Origin: an uncultured Spirochaetota bacterium
GTDB lineage: Bacteria > Spirochaetota > Brevinematia > Brevinematales > JAOACQ01
Reading direction: 5' to 3'
DNA length: 64,000 nucleotides
NCBI GenBank assembly: GCA_963783575.1
Contig: CAWAOD010000014.1
Span: forward strand, 96,001 to 160,000
The notes beneath the pieces are model-generated. The model was not told the DNA's origin, did no database searches, and was given only the letters and a program-made list of their open reading frames with translations. The translations under genes and the position numbers were made by a program. Positions within the stretch are counted from its first letter, which is position 1; every line of letters starts with the position of its first letter. Shown here in pieces: positions 21,358-31,987 of this stretch.

Positions 21358-22889
21358 AAAGTTTTATATATATTATCCGTCTGTTTTTTTTGATACTTTT
21401 AACTTTAAGTATCCCTTTTTTTTTTGCTAATTTCCAGATCATTATAAACTTTGCCGATAGAATTTTTCATTTAAAACCTAACCCGGCTTTCAGCGGCGGC
21501 GAAGTTATGGCGGTATTTATGGACGATTTTAATGATGATAACGGAGCCGGTAAATTAAGTTATCCTGCAAATCCCGCTTACCGGCCTGAAGGAACACTGG
21601 ACCTTGTAAAATATGAAGTTTACCGTCCGCAGATAAACGCTCCATGGAACCCTGAAGGTGAGAAGGATTATTGGCAGATTGGGCTTACATTTCAGAATAT
21701 GACCAACACAACGGGCAGTATTCATCCATTTTCACAGGCTGTTATAGAAGTCTATATCTGTTTCGGAGGAATTAATGAGGGTTCCACTAAAACATATTTT
21801 CACGACTCAGCACTTGTGAGCTTTGATAGTAAGCATTCATGGGATATAATGATTCATATTGACGCATATCATAAAACCGGTACGCTCTATTCTTACGATC
21901 ATTCCCTGGAATTGCCCGTACCGGTTTATGTGATTCCCGATAAAAACAAAGTCCTTGCTAGAATACCATTGAACAATAAATTAACAGATAAGATTCTGGA
22001 CGGCAGAAAGACCTGGCATTATGTTCTGATCGGCGCTTATGATGGGCTTGAGAATGGAAATTTCATGAGGGTTGGTCTAAAACCGGTCCGTAATTCAGGC
22101 GGCGGGGCATTATCAAAATACACACCAAGGGTTTATGATATTTTAGTTCCTGAAGGAAAAAATCAAAGTGAAATACTTGCTAATTTTAATGAGAAAAAAA
22201 GCAGCTATGCAGTTCTCTATCCGATTGAAGTAGATCAGAATGAGAAGCCTGCTGAAAAGATGATTATAAATGAAAAATCAGCAATATTACGAAAAGCAAT
22301 AGAAAATAAAAAAGCAGTTGATGCTCAGGCGGCAATTGATAAACTATTAAATCTTGAAAAAGAAGGAGCCGGATATGCAGAACTTTCAGCGGCAGCTTTC
22401 TTTGCAGGGGATGAGGGTAAAGCCTGGGAATTCTGTGTTAAGGCTTTGAAAGAAAATCCTGATAACCCGATGGTTCTTGCCTTCAGAGGAGCATTGACCG
22501 CAAAGAAAGCCGGAATTGAAAAATCGCCAGGGAAAGCGATAAAAATTGTTTATATAGCCTATCGTGACCTTAATAAATCCGTTGAAACTTCCAGGGACGA
22601 TGCTTCATTAATAACCGCATTGATATGCAGGGGCGAAGTATCAATGGCAGTCCCTGAAATGGTATTCCAGAAGAACTTTCAGGGGAGTCTGGATTTTAAG
22701 AAAGCCGCTTTGCTCTGGAAATCTTACGGCGCTTCTTCCACAGAACTTGCCGACCTTTTTATAAAAGCTGCTGTCTGTTATGAAAATTCAGGATTCCGGG
22801 AAGAATCTGGACTGGAATTTTACCGTGCTAAAAGTTTTACCAATCTATCTGCTTATGCTCAATATGAACTTTATAGACATGGTTTTTGA
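21354..22889 (+). CDS. Membrane-anchored glucodextranase-type DOMON-like domain + TPR protein
   Basis: DDFNDDNGAGKLSYP, FSQAVIEVY, SGGG..PRVYDILVP; C-terminal TPR-like helices. Confidence 0.7.
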   Translation: MKSFIYIIRLFFLILLTLSIPFFFANFQIIINFADRIFHLKPNPAFSGGEVMAVFMDDFNDDNGAGKLSYPANPAYRPEGTLDLVKYEVYRPQINAPWNPEGEKDYWQIGLTFQNMTNTTGSIHPFSQAVIEVYICFGGINEGSTKTYFHDSALVSFDSKHSWDIMIHIDAYHKTGTLYSYDHSLELPVPVYVIPDKNKVLARIPLNNKLTDKILDGRKTWHYVLIGAYDGLENGNFMRVGLKPVRNSGGGALSKYTPRVYDILVPEGKNQSEILANFNEKKSSYAVLYPIEVDQNEKPAEKMIINEKSAILRKAIENKKAVDAQAAIDKLLNLEKEGAGYAELSAAAFFAGDEGKAWEFCVKALKENPDNPMVLAFRGALTAKKAGIEKSPGKAIKIVYIAYRDLNKSVETSRDDASLITALICRGEVSMAVPEMVFQKNFQGSLDFKKAALLWKSYGASSTELADLFIKAAVCYENSGFREESGLEFYRAKSFTNLSAYAQYELYRHGF

Positions 22890-22961
22890 GGGGAAACCTT
22901 TTTTCTTGCCAAATGTGTCCCGTCTTCTTACAATAAAATATCTTGTAATGAAGAGGGCGGG

Positions 22962-23867
22962 ATGCTGCATATCGGGATTTTCTATTGGTTTATTTCTTTT
23001 ACTATGGGATTCGGTTCAATACTATTAGCATTTGTTGTTTATTTAAAAGAAAAAACCATAATCTTACGGTATTATTTAGAAATGATGTTTTGCTTTACAC
23101 TGCTGGTAGTTTCCCAGACCCTGGTATTTTATTTCCGGAATATGAACCTGTTTCCCGGGATGATCATCTGGCTGTTCAGCCTGACTTATATCGGATGCTG
23201 CGGTTTAACAGCAGCTTTTCCGCGGATGGCGCATTCGCTTTTAAATATTAAGGGAAGAAAATGGCTGGAAAAAACTGCCGCTATCTTGGCATTTGTCATG
23301 ATTATACTTTATTTTGCGACACTCCGGACAAGATTCAACAACTGGATTATTAACACTAATTTTATATTGATGACTTTTTCGATCCTTTACATTATTCTTT
23401 CCAATATCATCCGTATGGGCATTCAGAAAAAGGGGAAAGTGGAAAACACAGTTTTTACGTTATCCATATCAATAATTACCCTCATTTTAATGCCGGCTTT
23501 TATAATGCTGGATTTTTTTTATGATTATATTCCGTTTATCCATCCTTATATTCTCAAAGGCTTTTATACACTTCCGGGATTTTATTTTATCTGGAACCTG
23601 CTTTTTCTAATCCAAATGATGAAACAACAGCTTCAAATAAAAACTAAAGTGTTAGCTTTTGAAATAAATGAAACAAATTTAAGCAGATTCGATTTATCCG
23701 TCCGGGAAATTGAAATTTTAAAGCTTCTTATACAGGGTTTCAGCTATAAGGATATTGGAAAAAAAGTTTTTATAGCTCCATCAACAGTAAAAACACATGC
23801 AATTCATATTTATCAAAAAACCGGGGCTAAAAACAAGATAGGGCTGATTCATCTGTTAAATAAATAA
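22962..23867 (+). CDS. Membrane-bound (~7TM) LuxR-family transcriptional regulator
   Basis: Hydrophobic N-terminal helices; LSVREIEIL..G.SYKDI...TVKTHAIHIYQK. Confidence 0.88.
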   Translation: MLHIGIFYWFISFTMGFGSILLAFVVYLKEKTIILRYYLEMMFCFTLLVVSQTLVFYFRNMNLFPGMIIWLFSLTYIGCCGLTAAFPRMAHSLLNIKGRKWLEKTAAILAFVMIILYFATLRTRFNNWIINTNFILMTFSILYIILSNIIRMGIQKKGKVENTVFTLSISIITLILMPAFIMLDFFYDYIPFIHPYILKGFYTLPGFYFIWNLLFLIQMMKQQLQIKTKVLAFEINETNLSRFDLSVREIEILKLLIQGFSYKDIGKKVFIAPSTVKTHAIHIYQKTGAKNKIGLIHLLNK

Positions 23868-23964
23868 CATATTTATTTATTTGACTGGATTGACAATTAA
23901 CCGCAAGCCCCTGAATTAATTTATGGGGTAAGGGCGTAATACCCCGTTGCGTCAAAAAAAAAGG

Positions 23965-24712
23965 TACTCAAAATTGTATCGTTGCTTCATAAATAAAACC
24001 TACTCCAAATTTATTATCTGAATCATACTTTTTTTTACGGATATTCCATAATTTTCTTTGATATTGCGATATCCTTTTTCTAAGATCATATTAATCCAAT
24101 CCTTCATGAACTTTTTTCAACTTACCCTTTCTTTTAGCAGAGATAGCCGGATGTTCCATTAATCTCTGGCAAGGCGTTTTTATATCATTTGTTTCTTTCT
24201 GACTTTACTACCAATCCTTTCTTTTTCAGTCAACTTCATCACTGGTAGAAAATGGTTAGTATAAAGACGAAGAGACGTGTAGAGTTCATTCAAAATAATA
24301 ACTTCTTTTTCCGTATCATATCGTAAATAACCCACAGTTTTCCGGACTACAGAATAGTTTTTTGTTCTATATAACAGTTGTCATTGGACCTTGTGCTTCG
24401 CCCTCTGGTAAACTTGATGCTGTGTTCCTCACAAAATTTTTTCAAATGATGATTGATGAATTCAGCTCCTGTATCTGAATCCAACCCTAAAATCTGAAAC
24501 GGAAGCTGACCAATAACATTTTCAATGCCCTCTTTCGTCCAGATAGCGGCTTTGTTCTTTATGGCAAAAGTTTCTGTCCAGCCGCTGCATACATCTACCA
24601 TATCCAACGTCTGGGCAAAATCACCCTGACTATTACCGCCTTCATGGCCGACAAGGTCTATCTCCATAAAGCCAGGCATATTTGCATCCCAATCCGGGGG
24701 AAAGTTTACCAT
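23965..24712 (-). pseudogene. IS integrase-core (rve) transposase fragment
   Basis: EIDLVGH, DSDTGAEF, NDNCYIEQK(N); frameshifts and 5' truncation. Confidence 0.8.
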
Positions 24713-24810
24713 TTTTTACAAACAAAAACAAACCTCAAGAAATTATAAATTAAACGGCATGTTTCATCCAGAATTCTTATTATAAACTTTTCGCACCCCT
24801 TGAGGCGTGC

Positions 24811-25208
24811 CTATTTCATCGCTCCATTGGAAATAAGAAGTTCCGATATATCCTTATAACCTTTTTCAATTGCCAATCGGAGCGGGGTGTAGCCATACAA
24901 ATCTTTAAAATTGATGTCAGCGCCTTTGGAAATTAGCAGTTTCACAATATTTATGCGGTGATATTCTGTTGCTTTATTCAATGGAGTCCTGCCATAATCT
25001 TGTTTACTTTAGCGCCGCCTGAAACAAGCTTTTCCACAATATCTTCCTTTCCACTTTCCACCACACATATCAACGGAGTGTAAAGACGTCTATTTATGTA
25101 CCCAGCCGGGGGTGCCCAACTACTATTTAAGGATATATTTACATCGGCTCCTCTAGAAATAAGCATTTCATCGAGGCTCATAAAGGTTGACTCAATCAAA
25201 TTTCTCAT
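24811..25208 (-). pseudogene. Ankyrin-repeat gene fragment (frameshifted)
   Basis: GADVN, TPL and GAKVN repeats; continues in another frame as GRTPLNKA...GADIN..GYTPL. Confidence 0.75.
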
Positions 25209-25506
25209 AATTGTTTCCTATAAGAGACTTTACTTTATGAGATAAATTACTTCTGGTATCATAGGTTGTCAAATAAAACTTAGACAAGATCAGGAGGTGT
25301 GGATCCTTGGCAATTTTAACAAAATAAATTCCTCTCAACAGATGATAACCATAACAATTATATATGGTTTGTCTCGAAGATCGATTGTTTTTATATTTAA
25401 TTATATTATAGAGATGATAAATGATTAAGGAATTACCTCTTATCTTTTTCCCCGATCGATCCGCATTTCATAACTGGCTGATTGTTAATTACGATTCCGA
25501 AGGTAT

Positions 25507-25626
25507 ATGGGGTTACCTTGGAATTTCCGATGTCAATCCAAATATTTTATTTGATCGGATTCTGTAATTATTTATCAGATAAGACTTAACGTACTAAATT
25601 ATCCGAATTCCAAGGTCAACCCTTAT
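25507..25626. mobile_element. Small inverted-repeat element (MITE or internally deleted IS)
   Basis: GGGTTACCTTGGAATT ... AATTCCAAGGTCAACCC inverted repeats around a ~70-bp AT-rich core. Confidence 0.4.
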
Positions 25627-25832
25627 GGAACTTTCACTGTTACTCTTGATATTACAAAATATACAAAGGTGAAGATTTTTTCTGAAATTGGGAAAAAGAC
25701 CAATTTGTTTGTCAGATTTTCTACTGTCACCGGGGAAAGAAGCACAGCCGATCCACACCCAATCCATAAATGGTGATTATTTCCCGTATCTACCTTACCT
25801 GTTAATAGTTTTAAACTATAAGTTCATTTTTT

Positions 25833-26102
25833 TCAATTCCTGCATGGGTCTGCATCAGCTTTATGGACCGCTATCTTTAATCCGTATTGTTTCTGAAGGT
25901 AGGCACAGTTTCCGATGTGATCGAGGTCGCCGTGAGTAATTATAACCAGTTTGATATCACCGGGCGCAATGCCTTCCTAATCCAGCATTTTTAAAAGCCT
26001 GATCCGGCTCATTGATAATCTGGTGTCTATGAGGAACGGCCCGTTATCGGTTTTTACCAGTTATGCGTTTACCATCCCAAGGGCGAGATGTTTAATTTCC
26101 AT
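25833..26102 (-). pseudogene. MBL-fold metallo-hydrolase pseudogene
   Basis: Manual translation GMVNA*LVKT..FLIDT..D*EGI..IITHGDLDHIGN; internal TAA and TAG, ends at TGA. Confidence 0.75.
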
Positions 26103-26164
26103 TTTCCACTTCCAGATTTAAATTTTACTTTAAGAATAATTCTTTTTCAACAAGCGTGCCCCTT

Positions 26165-26338
26165 TGGTTCGTCAAGCTCACCAACCGTCCCCGCAGTTTA
26201 CGGAGTTTATCCCGAGCAAGCCGCGGGGCTGCCTATCAATTTGGCTTCCCGCTATTCTGCATTTATAATACCTCGCAGTGCTTGCACTGTGGTTTGGCAG
26301 GCTCACCAACCAAGCTTGTCGAATGAGGGCTGCGGGGA
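26165..26338. repeat. REP-like palindromic repeat cluster
   Basis: Two TGGTT....A.GCTCACCAACC units (26165, 26290); TCCCCGCAG/CTGCGGGGA inverted repeat. Confidence 0.55.
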
Positions 26339-26463
26339 TAGTTTATTCTCGAAATCCAGAAAATCCAGCAAACCCTCCGGTAAAATTTTAACGCATTATT
26401 TACTATAAAATAAACCCGCTGAAAAATCAATCGGTTTTTTATAATTTTAACATTTATTTATGT

Positions 26464-28171
26464 CCCAAACTGAGCGATTTTTTAATAAATACCAAAAACA
26501 GGTTTATAAAAGCCAAAATTTATAAAAATTTGGATATATTTTTTTGTCACCGGTTAATTTGCCGAATTTATGCGTTTGAAAGCACTAAAATCATCAATCT
26601 CTGAGATATTTTCAATTTTTGGCGCAATACCCCCTTATTAATCCATGAAAACAGAGCGCATCTTTAAATCGGGGTAACCGTTCCGCATTTCTCCCACAAA
26701 TCTAACAATTTAAACCTGTCAACTACTTCTTCCCTGAATTTTAAAATAGCCCGCCCGCCTGTTTTAACAATCTTTCCCGCAATATCAATAAATATTCGCC
26801 TGACCGTATCCGGATAACTTTCCACTGGTATTTCCGGTATATCCATATCCGCCTGATAAGCCGACAGCAGATTATACGCTATTATCGATAAAAAATAATA
26901 TACACCGTTTGATACAAAACTCTTAAACGGCAGTGTTTCATCCACGAATTCTTTTATTCCACGGTTCACCAGTTCATCTTTTGCCCTCAGATGATAGAGC
27001 CTCACTATTTCCTCTGCCGTCATATATTTCACAAGCCCCTTTTCTTTCAATACTTCCGCTTCTTCAAGATTTGTATAAATAATATTTTCAGGCCTGTCGA
27101 ACGCTAATCTGAAAACCCCGTCTTCACATTCATATTTGGTATAAATGGCACGGTATCCCTTTTCCCAGCTATCCCGTCTGTCCCGAAAGTCCAGGTATTC
27201 AATTACATCTCCTTTTTTCTCAAACCTTCTCCATTCTTCCGGCAATCGCTTCATCAAATCGAGTTTGATTGAATCCAGTATTCTCCCGCCGCATATAAAG
27301 AACAGTTTCAGGTCTTCCAGCTTCTTAAAATACTTTTGGTCAAAAAACCCGCTATCAGACACAACGATAATCGGCACCTCTTTGTCATAGCATTTCCGGA
27401 TTTCCTTCACTGTTTCTTCCAGCATTGTAAACAGATCGTCACCGTGATTCGGGGATTCGCTTCCTTCGTGGAACGCCAGGTTCACGATAAAACCATTCCA
27501 ATACATATGCAGCGGATGATACCCGTTAACCTTTTTGTAGGTATAAGTCACGCCGTTTCGCTTTTTAGCGTCATCATTATTCAGTACCATCGTATCAAGT
27601 CCGAGAATAATAACTTTCGGGTTCTTTATCTTGAGACGCCAGACAAAAAGCTTAATTAGAATCTTTTGAAGCTCTTTAAACATTGTCTTTTTTACCACTG
27701 AAAAAATCTCTTTATCACATGGGATGAGCACATATTGTCTTTGCTGCATTCAATGGCCTTTCTGTGCCCGATATCATTTGCCAATTCATCAAACCGGGTC
27801 ATGGTAAATTTGCTTCCATCTATGAAAAACAGCATCAATTGAGAAATAATTTTTTCTATATCTTTACCTTTGCGGCTCTTGCGAATTCCCTGAAATACTT
27901 CGCTGATCAGGGGAATAACTTTAATATTCTTGAGATATCTCAGGACAAACGTAAGCCCGCCGCGGCTGGTAAGACAATCTTTCGTTATGCCGATTTTTTG
28001 AATCTCATTTCCCTGAATTTTGCGATTTTTATTTTTTTCAGTCATAATTTACCTGCTTTTGCACCCAATGGGTGTTATTCCGGGGTAAGGATGGCTGTAA
28101 CCATTTCCTTACCCCATTTTATTTTGGCATGGTTTTATTTTTATGGATAGTTAAGAATCGCTCAGTTTAGG
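26464..28171 (-). mobile_element. IS1380-family insertion sequence (1708 bp)
   Basis: Inverted repeats CC(C/T)AAACTGAGCGATT; 5-bp target duplication TATGT (26459-26463, 28172-28176). Confidence 0.88.
26664..28045 (-). CDS. IS1380-family DDE transposase, frameshifted in a T6 run (27701-27706)
   Basis: LTSRGGL, GLDT, GYHPL, SDSGFF, YHLRAKDE; adding one T joins the two ORFs. Confidence 0.85.
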
Positions 28172-28470
28172 TATGTTTATTAGCCGGTGAATTATAATTT
28201 TCATAATTTTATTGACATGGATTCATACAGTAATATATTTTTCACAAATTTGAAAGGATAAGTCAGGATGATTTATAAATAATTGCAAAATTATCCATTT
28301 TATCATTCTGAACTAAAACCTAATTTTGAATTATCTTTTAATCTGCAAAAAATACAAAAATACCACGGCTTTTTTTTGCAATTTAAATAATTTCCCGGTA
28401 CACACTACCATTAGCTCAAGACAAATACCCTGTCAATAATTGAAAATCAAATTTTTAAAGGTTTCATAAT

Positions 28471-29736
28471 ATGGAAAATCTAAAAACAAAATATACCTTT
28501 CAATACGGCATTTTATTTCCAGTGGTTTTCATTCTCGGATACATCTTCAGTTTTATTCAATACCAGTCAATCAGGAACAGCCTTATCGACCCGTATAATT
28601 CTATCATTGATTACAGAGTCCTGATGGGCATTTCCATAGTAAATATCTTTTTTCTGATTCTGTTTTACAAAAAGACCATAAATGTCCTCTTCCTTACAAT
28701 ACAATTGATTTTACTTCTGTTTATAATTACACTGTCAAACAACAATCTGGCAATAACGGTCATACTTTCCTCTGTCTTTCTTTTTTCATCCGGATATTAT
28801 CTTAAAAAACCAGGTAATTTATTTTTTACTGTTTTCGCAAGTTTTTCCATACTTTGTTTCCAGCAGTCCATTAACATTGATAATATTCAGACTCCGACAA
28901 TCAATGCCCGGGAATTTATCATGCTGTTATTTCTGTTTATTTTAATTCTTATCCTCAATTATATTATTTCTTCAATAATAGAATCATATGAGTCGCTCAC
29001 TGAAGTAATAGAAAAACAGAAAAATACAATAATTAATTTAATAGAAACCAATGTCGGCATCCAGAAATACGCTCTGAATAAAAAGGAAGAATTTGAAAAT
29101 GCGGAAAGGTTGAGGATAACACGCGATATTCATGATACCATCGGCTATGTTCTCACGAATAATATTATGCTTATCAGAGCCTGTTCTTATTATGTTCCCA
29201 GGAGATTAAAAAAAGCCCAGACTTTTTTAAGCGACGCTCTGACAAACGCTCAGAACGGACTCAATGAGACAAGAAGCATATTAAGAAAACTCCATAGTTT
29301 CAACAGGATAAAGGGAATCGAGGAGATCGTTAAAATAATCAAGCTCTTTAAGGAATCAACAGGCATTGAAGTTAATTATAATTTCGGTAATACAAAAGGA
29401 ACCTGGGGAAGTCAGTTGGATTATGTTTTTTTCCGGATAATACAGGAAGGGCTGGTGAATTCGGTCAAACATGGCAGGGCCACCAGAATATCCGTTTCGT
29501 TCTGGCAGACTGATAAGGAAATTTTATTAAGCATTTCCGATAACGGCAGAGAGCTCCAGGATGGCGAAATTAAAAAGGGAATCGGATTACAGGGTATGGA
29601 AGAAAGGCTTTCCCGTTTTAACGGAAAACTTGATGCTCAAAGTTACCCTCTCGGTTTTACTTTAAATATTTCGGTGCCTTTGGAATCTATAGAAAAAGAG
29701 GAGATAAATGAAATTAATCAAGCTGATGTTTGTTGA
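28471..29736 (+). CDS. Membrane sensor histidine kinase (HisKA_3)
   Basis: ERLRITRDIHDTIG, QEGLVNSVKHG, GIGLQGMEER. Confidence 0.93.
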   Translation: MENLKTKYTFQYGILFPVVFILGYIFSFIQYQSIRNSLIDPYNSIIDYRVLMGISIVNIFFLILFYKKTINVLFLTIQLILLLFIITLSNNNLAITVILSSVFLFSSGYYLKKPGNLFFTVFASFSILCFQQSINIDNIQTPTINAREFIMLLFLFILILILNYIISSIIESYESLTEVIEKQKNTIINLIETNVGIQKYALNKKEEFENAERLRITRDIHDTIGYVLTNNIMLIRACSYYVPRRLKKAQTFLSDALTNAQNGLNETRSILRKLHSFNRIKGIEEIVKIIKLFKESTGIEVNYNFGNTKGTWGSQLDYVFFRIIQEGLVNSVKHGRATRISVSFWQTDKEILLSISDNGRELQDGEIKKGIGLQGMEERLSRFNGKLDAQSYPLGFTLNISVPLESIEKEEINEINQADVC

Positions 29737-30361
29737 TGATCAGAAAATATTCATCGAAAGCCTAACCCAGATCTTGAAAAAAATCGCGAAGTTCATCAGG
29801 GTCACATCGTTTGCCTTCAACGGCAAAGAAGCGGTTGAAGCTGTGGAAAAAGATATTCCAGATATGATAATTATGGACATCCGCATGCCAGTAATGAATG
29901 GAGTGGATGCTGTAAAATTGATCCATCAGAAACATCCGGACATCAAAATTATCATGCTGACCACCTATGATGATGATGAATATGTAAAAGATGCGTTAAA
30001 ATATGGGGCCAGCGGCTACTTATTGAAGGATATACCAATAGAAGACCTGGTAACACAGATAAAAATTGTCTGTACCGGTAAGGTCGCGCCTATTTCCCGG
30101 AGCGTTCTGGAAAAACTGACGCATAATATCTCAGAAACAGATACCGCAGAAGCCCCTTCCTGGCTTGATGAACTGAATAAAACCGAAAAGAAAATATTAA
30201 AACTCATAGCTGAAGGAATGGATAATAATGAAATTACGGAAAGGATTTTTCTGGCCGAACAAACTGTCAGAAACTATATCCATAAAATATATGAAAAAAC
30301 CGGTGTCCAGAACCGGACCCAGGCTCTCAAAACAGGCCGGAAATATATCAGTTTCCTTTAA
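29708..30361 (+). CDS. NarL/LuxR-family response regulator
   Basis: VDDQ, MDIRMP, GYLLKD, LuxR HTH. Confidence 0.95.
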   Translation: MKLIKLMFVDDQKIFIESLTQILKKIAKFIRVTSFAFNGKEAVEAVEKDIPDMIIMDIRMPVMNGVDAVKLIHQKHPDIKIIMLTTYDDDEYVKDALKYGASGYLLKDIPIEDLVTQIKIVCTGKVAPISRSVLEKLTHNISETDTAEAPSWLDELNKTEKKILKLIAEGMDNNEITERIFLAEQTVRNYIHKIYEKTGVQNRTQALKTGRKYISFL

Positions 30362-30363
30362 AC

Positions 30364-30385
30364 AGGGGGCTTAAGCCCTTTTTTC
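30364..30385 (+). terminator. Intrinsic terminator
   Basis: GGGCTTAAGCCC hairpin followed by a T tract. Confidence 0.6.
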
Positions 30386-30401
30386 TATGAGATGTTTTCA
30401 T

Positions 30402-30420
30402 GGTACAAATTCGGTACAAA
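30402..30420 (+). promoter_or_regulatory. Direct repeats, putative response-regulator sites
   Basis: GGTACAAA twice at 11-bp period upstream of the ABC operon. Confidence 0.45.
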
Positions 30421-30565
30421 ATAAGTATTTTTAATCCTATTCAAAACCGGAAATAAAAACTACAATTTATCTGACTTTTTCAAATGCTTAATGAACTAAT
30501 TCATCAAATGGGAAAAGATTCGGAATAAAATTGTAGACTGAAATTTCTCAATAAAGGAGGAAAAC

Positions 30566-31909
30566 ATGAAGAGATTTTTGTTGGTTCTGGTTTCGGCTTT
30601 CCTGGTTTTTTTTACCGCTTCAGTTCTTACTGCTGATAATGTAAAGCTGACTTTTGTTTACTGGGGAAGCCCTAACGAGGATATTGCTATGAAAGACGCT
30701 TTCAAGGCGTTTGAAGCTGCAAATCCTGGGATTACGGTCGAACCGATGTATATCCAGGGCGATATTTCCGGTACCGAATACGCGGCTAAACTAAGGGCTA
30801 TGGCTCAGGCTGGGACCCTGCCCGATCTCGGGTATTTCAGGCCGGATCAGTTCGGCGAGTTTGCCGCGGCTGGTTATATGATGGATCTGACATCAATGGT
30901 TGAAACTGAAAACCTTAAAAAGGATTATCTCCCTCAGGTATGGCTGAAAGTGAATAATAAGATTTATGGTGCTTATACCGCTGCGGAATGCCAGGTAATG
31001 TTTTACAATAAGGATGTCCTGAAAAAAGCCGACGTTCCTATACCACCGGCTGATTATGCAAAGGGATGGAAATGGGACCAGTTTGTTAAATATCTTAGAA
31101 TGGTCACAACCGATGCTAACGGCAAACATCCAGATGACAAGGGATTTGACTCAAAGAGGATTTCAACATACGGCGTCAGCTACCAGCTCTGGCATGCAAT
31201 GCTTACGCCGCCTTTGTGGAGCGGCGGTGGCGCAATCGTTTCAGCCGACGGGAAGCATTTCCTGATGGATTCCCCGGAATCGGTAGATGTAATACAGAAA
31301 ATCGCAGACCTGATTAACAAAGAAAAAGTAATGCCTTATACAAGCCCTTCTTCGACATCGCAGGCAGGGCTTCCCGCACCCCCGGTAATGCTGGCAAATG
31401 GTCAGCTGGGTTTTTATATTACCGGACAGTGGGAACTTCTTGATATCGCGAAAATGAATTTTCCGATGGGTATCGGAGCACTGCCGATAATTAAGAAACC
31501 TGCTCAGATGTATATCAGCGGAGCTTCAGTTATTTTTAAAGCTACAAAACATCCTAAGGAAGCCTGGCTTTTGCATAAATGGATGATGACCCCGGATAAG
31601 ACTTTAAACCTATACACAAGCGGTTTATGGATGCCTACAAAAGCTTCCTGGTATAAAGATCCTGCCGATCTTAAAAAATGGACAGACAATAATGTTCATC
31701 CCGCGGAATTCAAGACGGCAGTCCTGGATTCCATGAATGTCGCCGATCCGATTCCCGAAGTTGTTGTTAAAAATTATCCCCAGATAATTAACGAATGTGT
31801 AAGCCCGCAGCTTGATAAAGTATGGCTGGGCGAAATTTCCGCTAAAGAAGCGCTGAAAACAGCAGGCGACCTGGTCAGAAAGCAGAATTTAATGCAGGGT
31901 ACCTGGTAA
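30566..31909 (+). CDS. Carbohydrate ABC substrate-binding protein (CUT1)
   Basis: Signal peptide, FEAANPGITV, MFYNKDVL, WKWDQF, TKHPKEAW. Confidence 0.92.
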   Translation: MKRFLLVLVSAFLVFFTASVLTADNVKLTFVYWGSPNEDIAMKDAFKAFEAANPGITVEPMYIQGDISGTEYAAKLRAMAQAGTLPDLGYFRPDQFGEFAAAGYMMDLTSMVETENLKKDYLPQVWLKVNNKIYGAYTAAECQVMFYNKDVLKKADVPIPPADYAKGWKWDQFVKYLRMVTTDANGKHPDDKGFDSKRISTYGVSYQLWHAMLTPPLWSGGGAIVSADGKHFLMDSPESVDVIQKIADLINKEKVMPYTSPSSTSQAGLPAPPVMLANGQLGFYITGQWELLDIAKMNFPMGIGALPIIKKPAQMYISGASVIFKATKHPKEAWLLHKWMMTPDKTLNLYTSGLWMPTKASWYKDPADLKKWTDNNVHPAEFKTAVLDSMNVADPIPEVVVKNYPQIINECVSPQLDKVWLGEISAKEALKTAGDLVRKQNLMQGTW

Positions 31910-31933
31910 AAATACAAAATAATTAATATTAAA

Positions 31934-31965
31934 ATACTGAAACGTGTTAAAACACGTTTCAGTAT
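31934..31965 (+). terminator. Intercistronic perfect hairpin
   Basis: ATACTGAAACGTGTT-AA-AACACGTTTCAGTAT. Confidence 0.6.
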
Positions 31966-31987
31966 CGAATTTATTCAGGAGTTTTTA

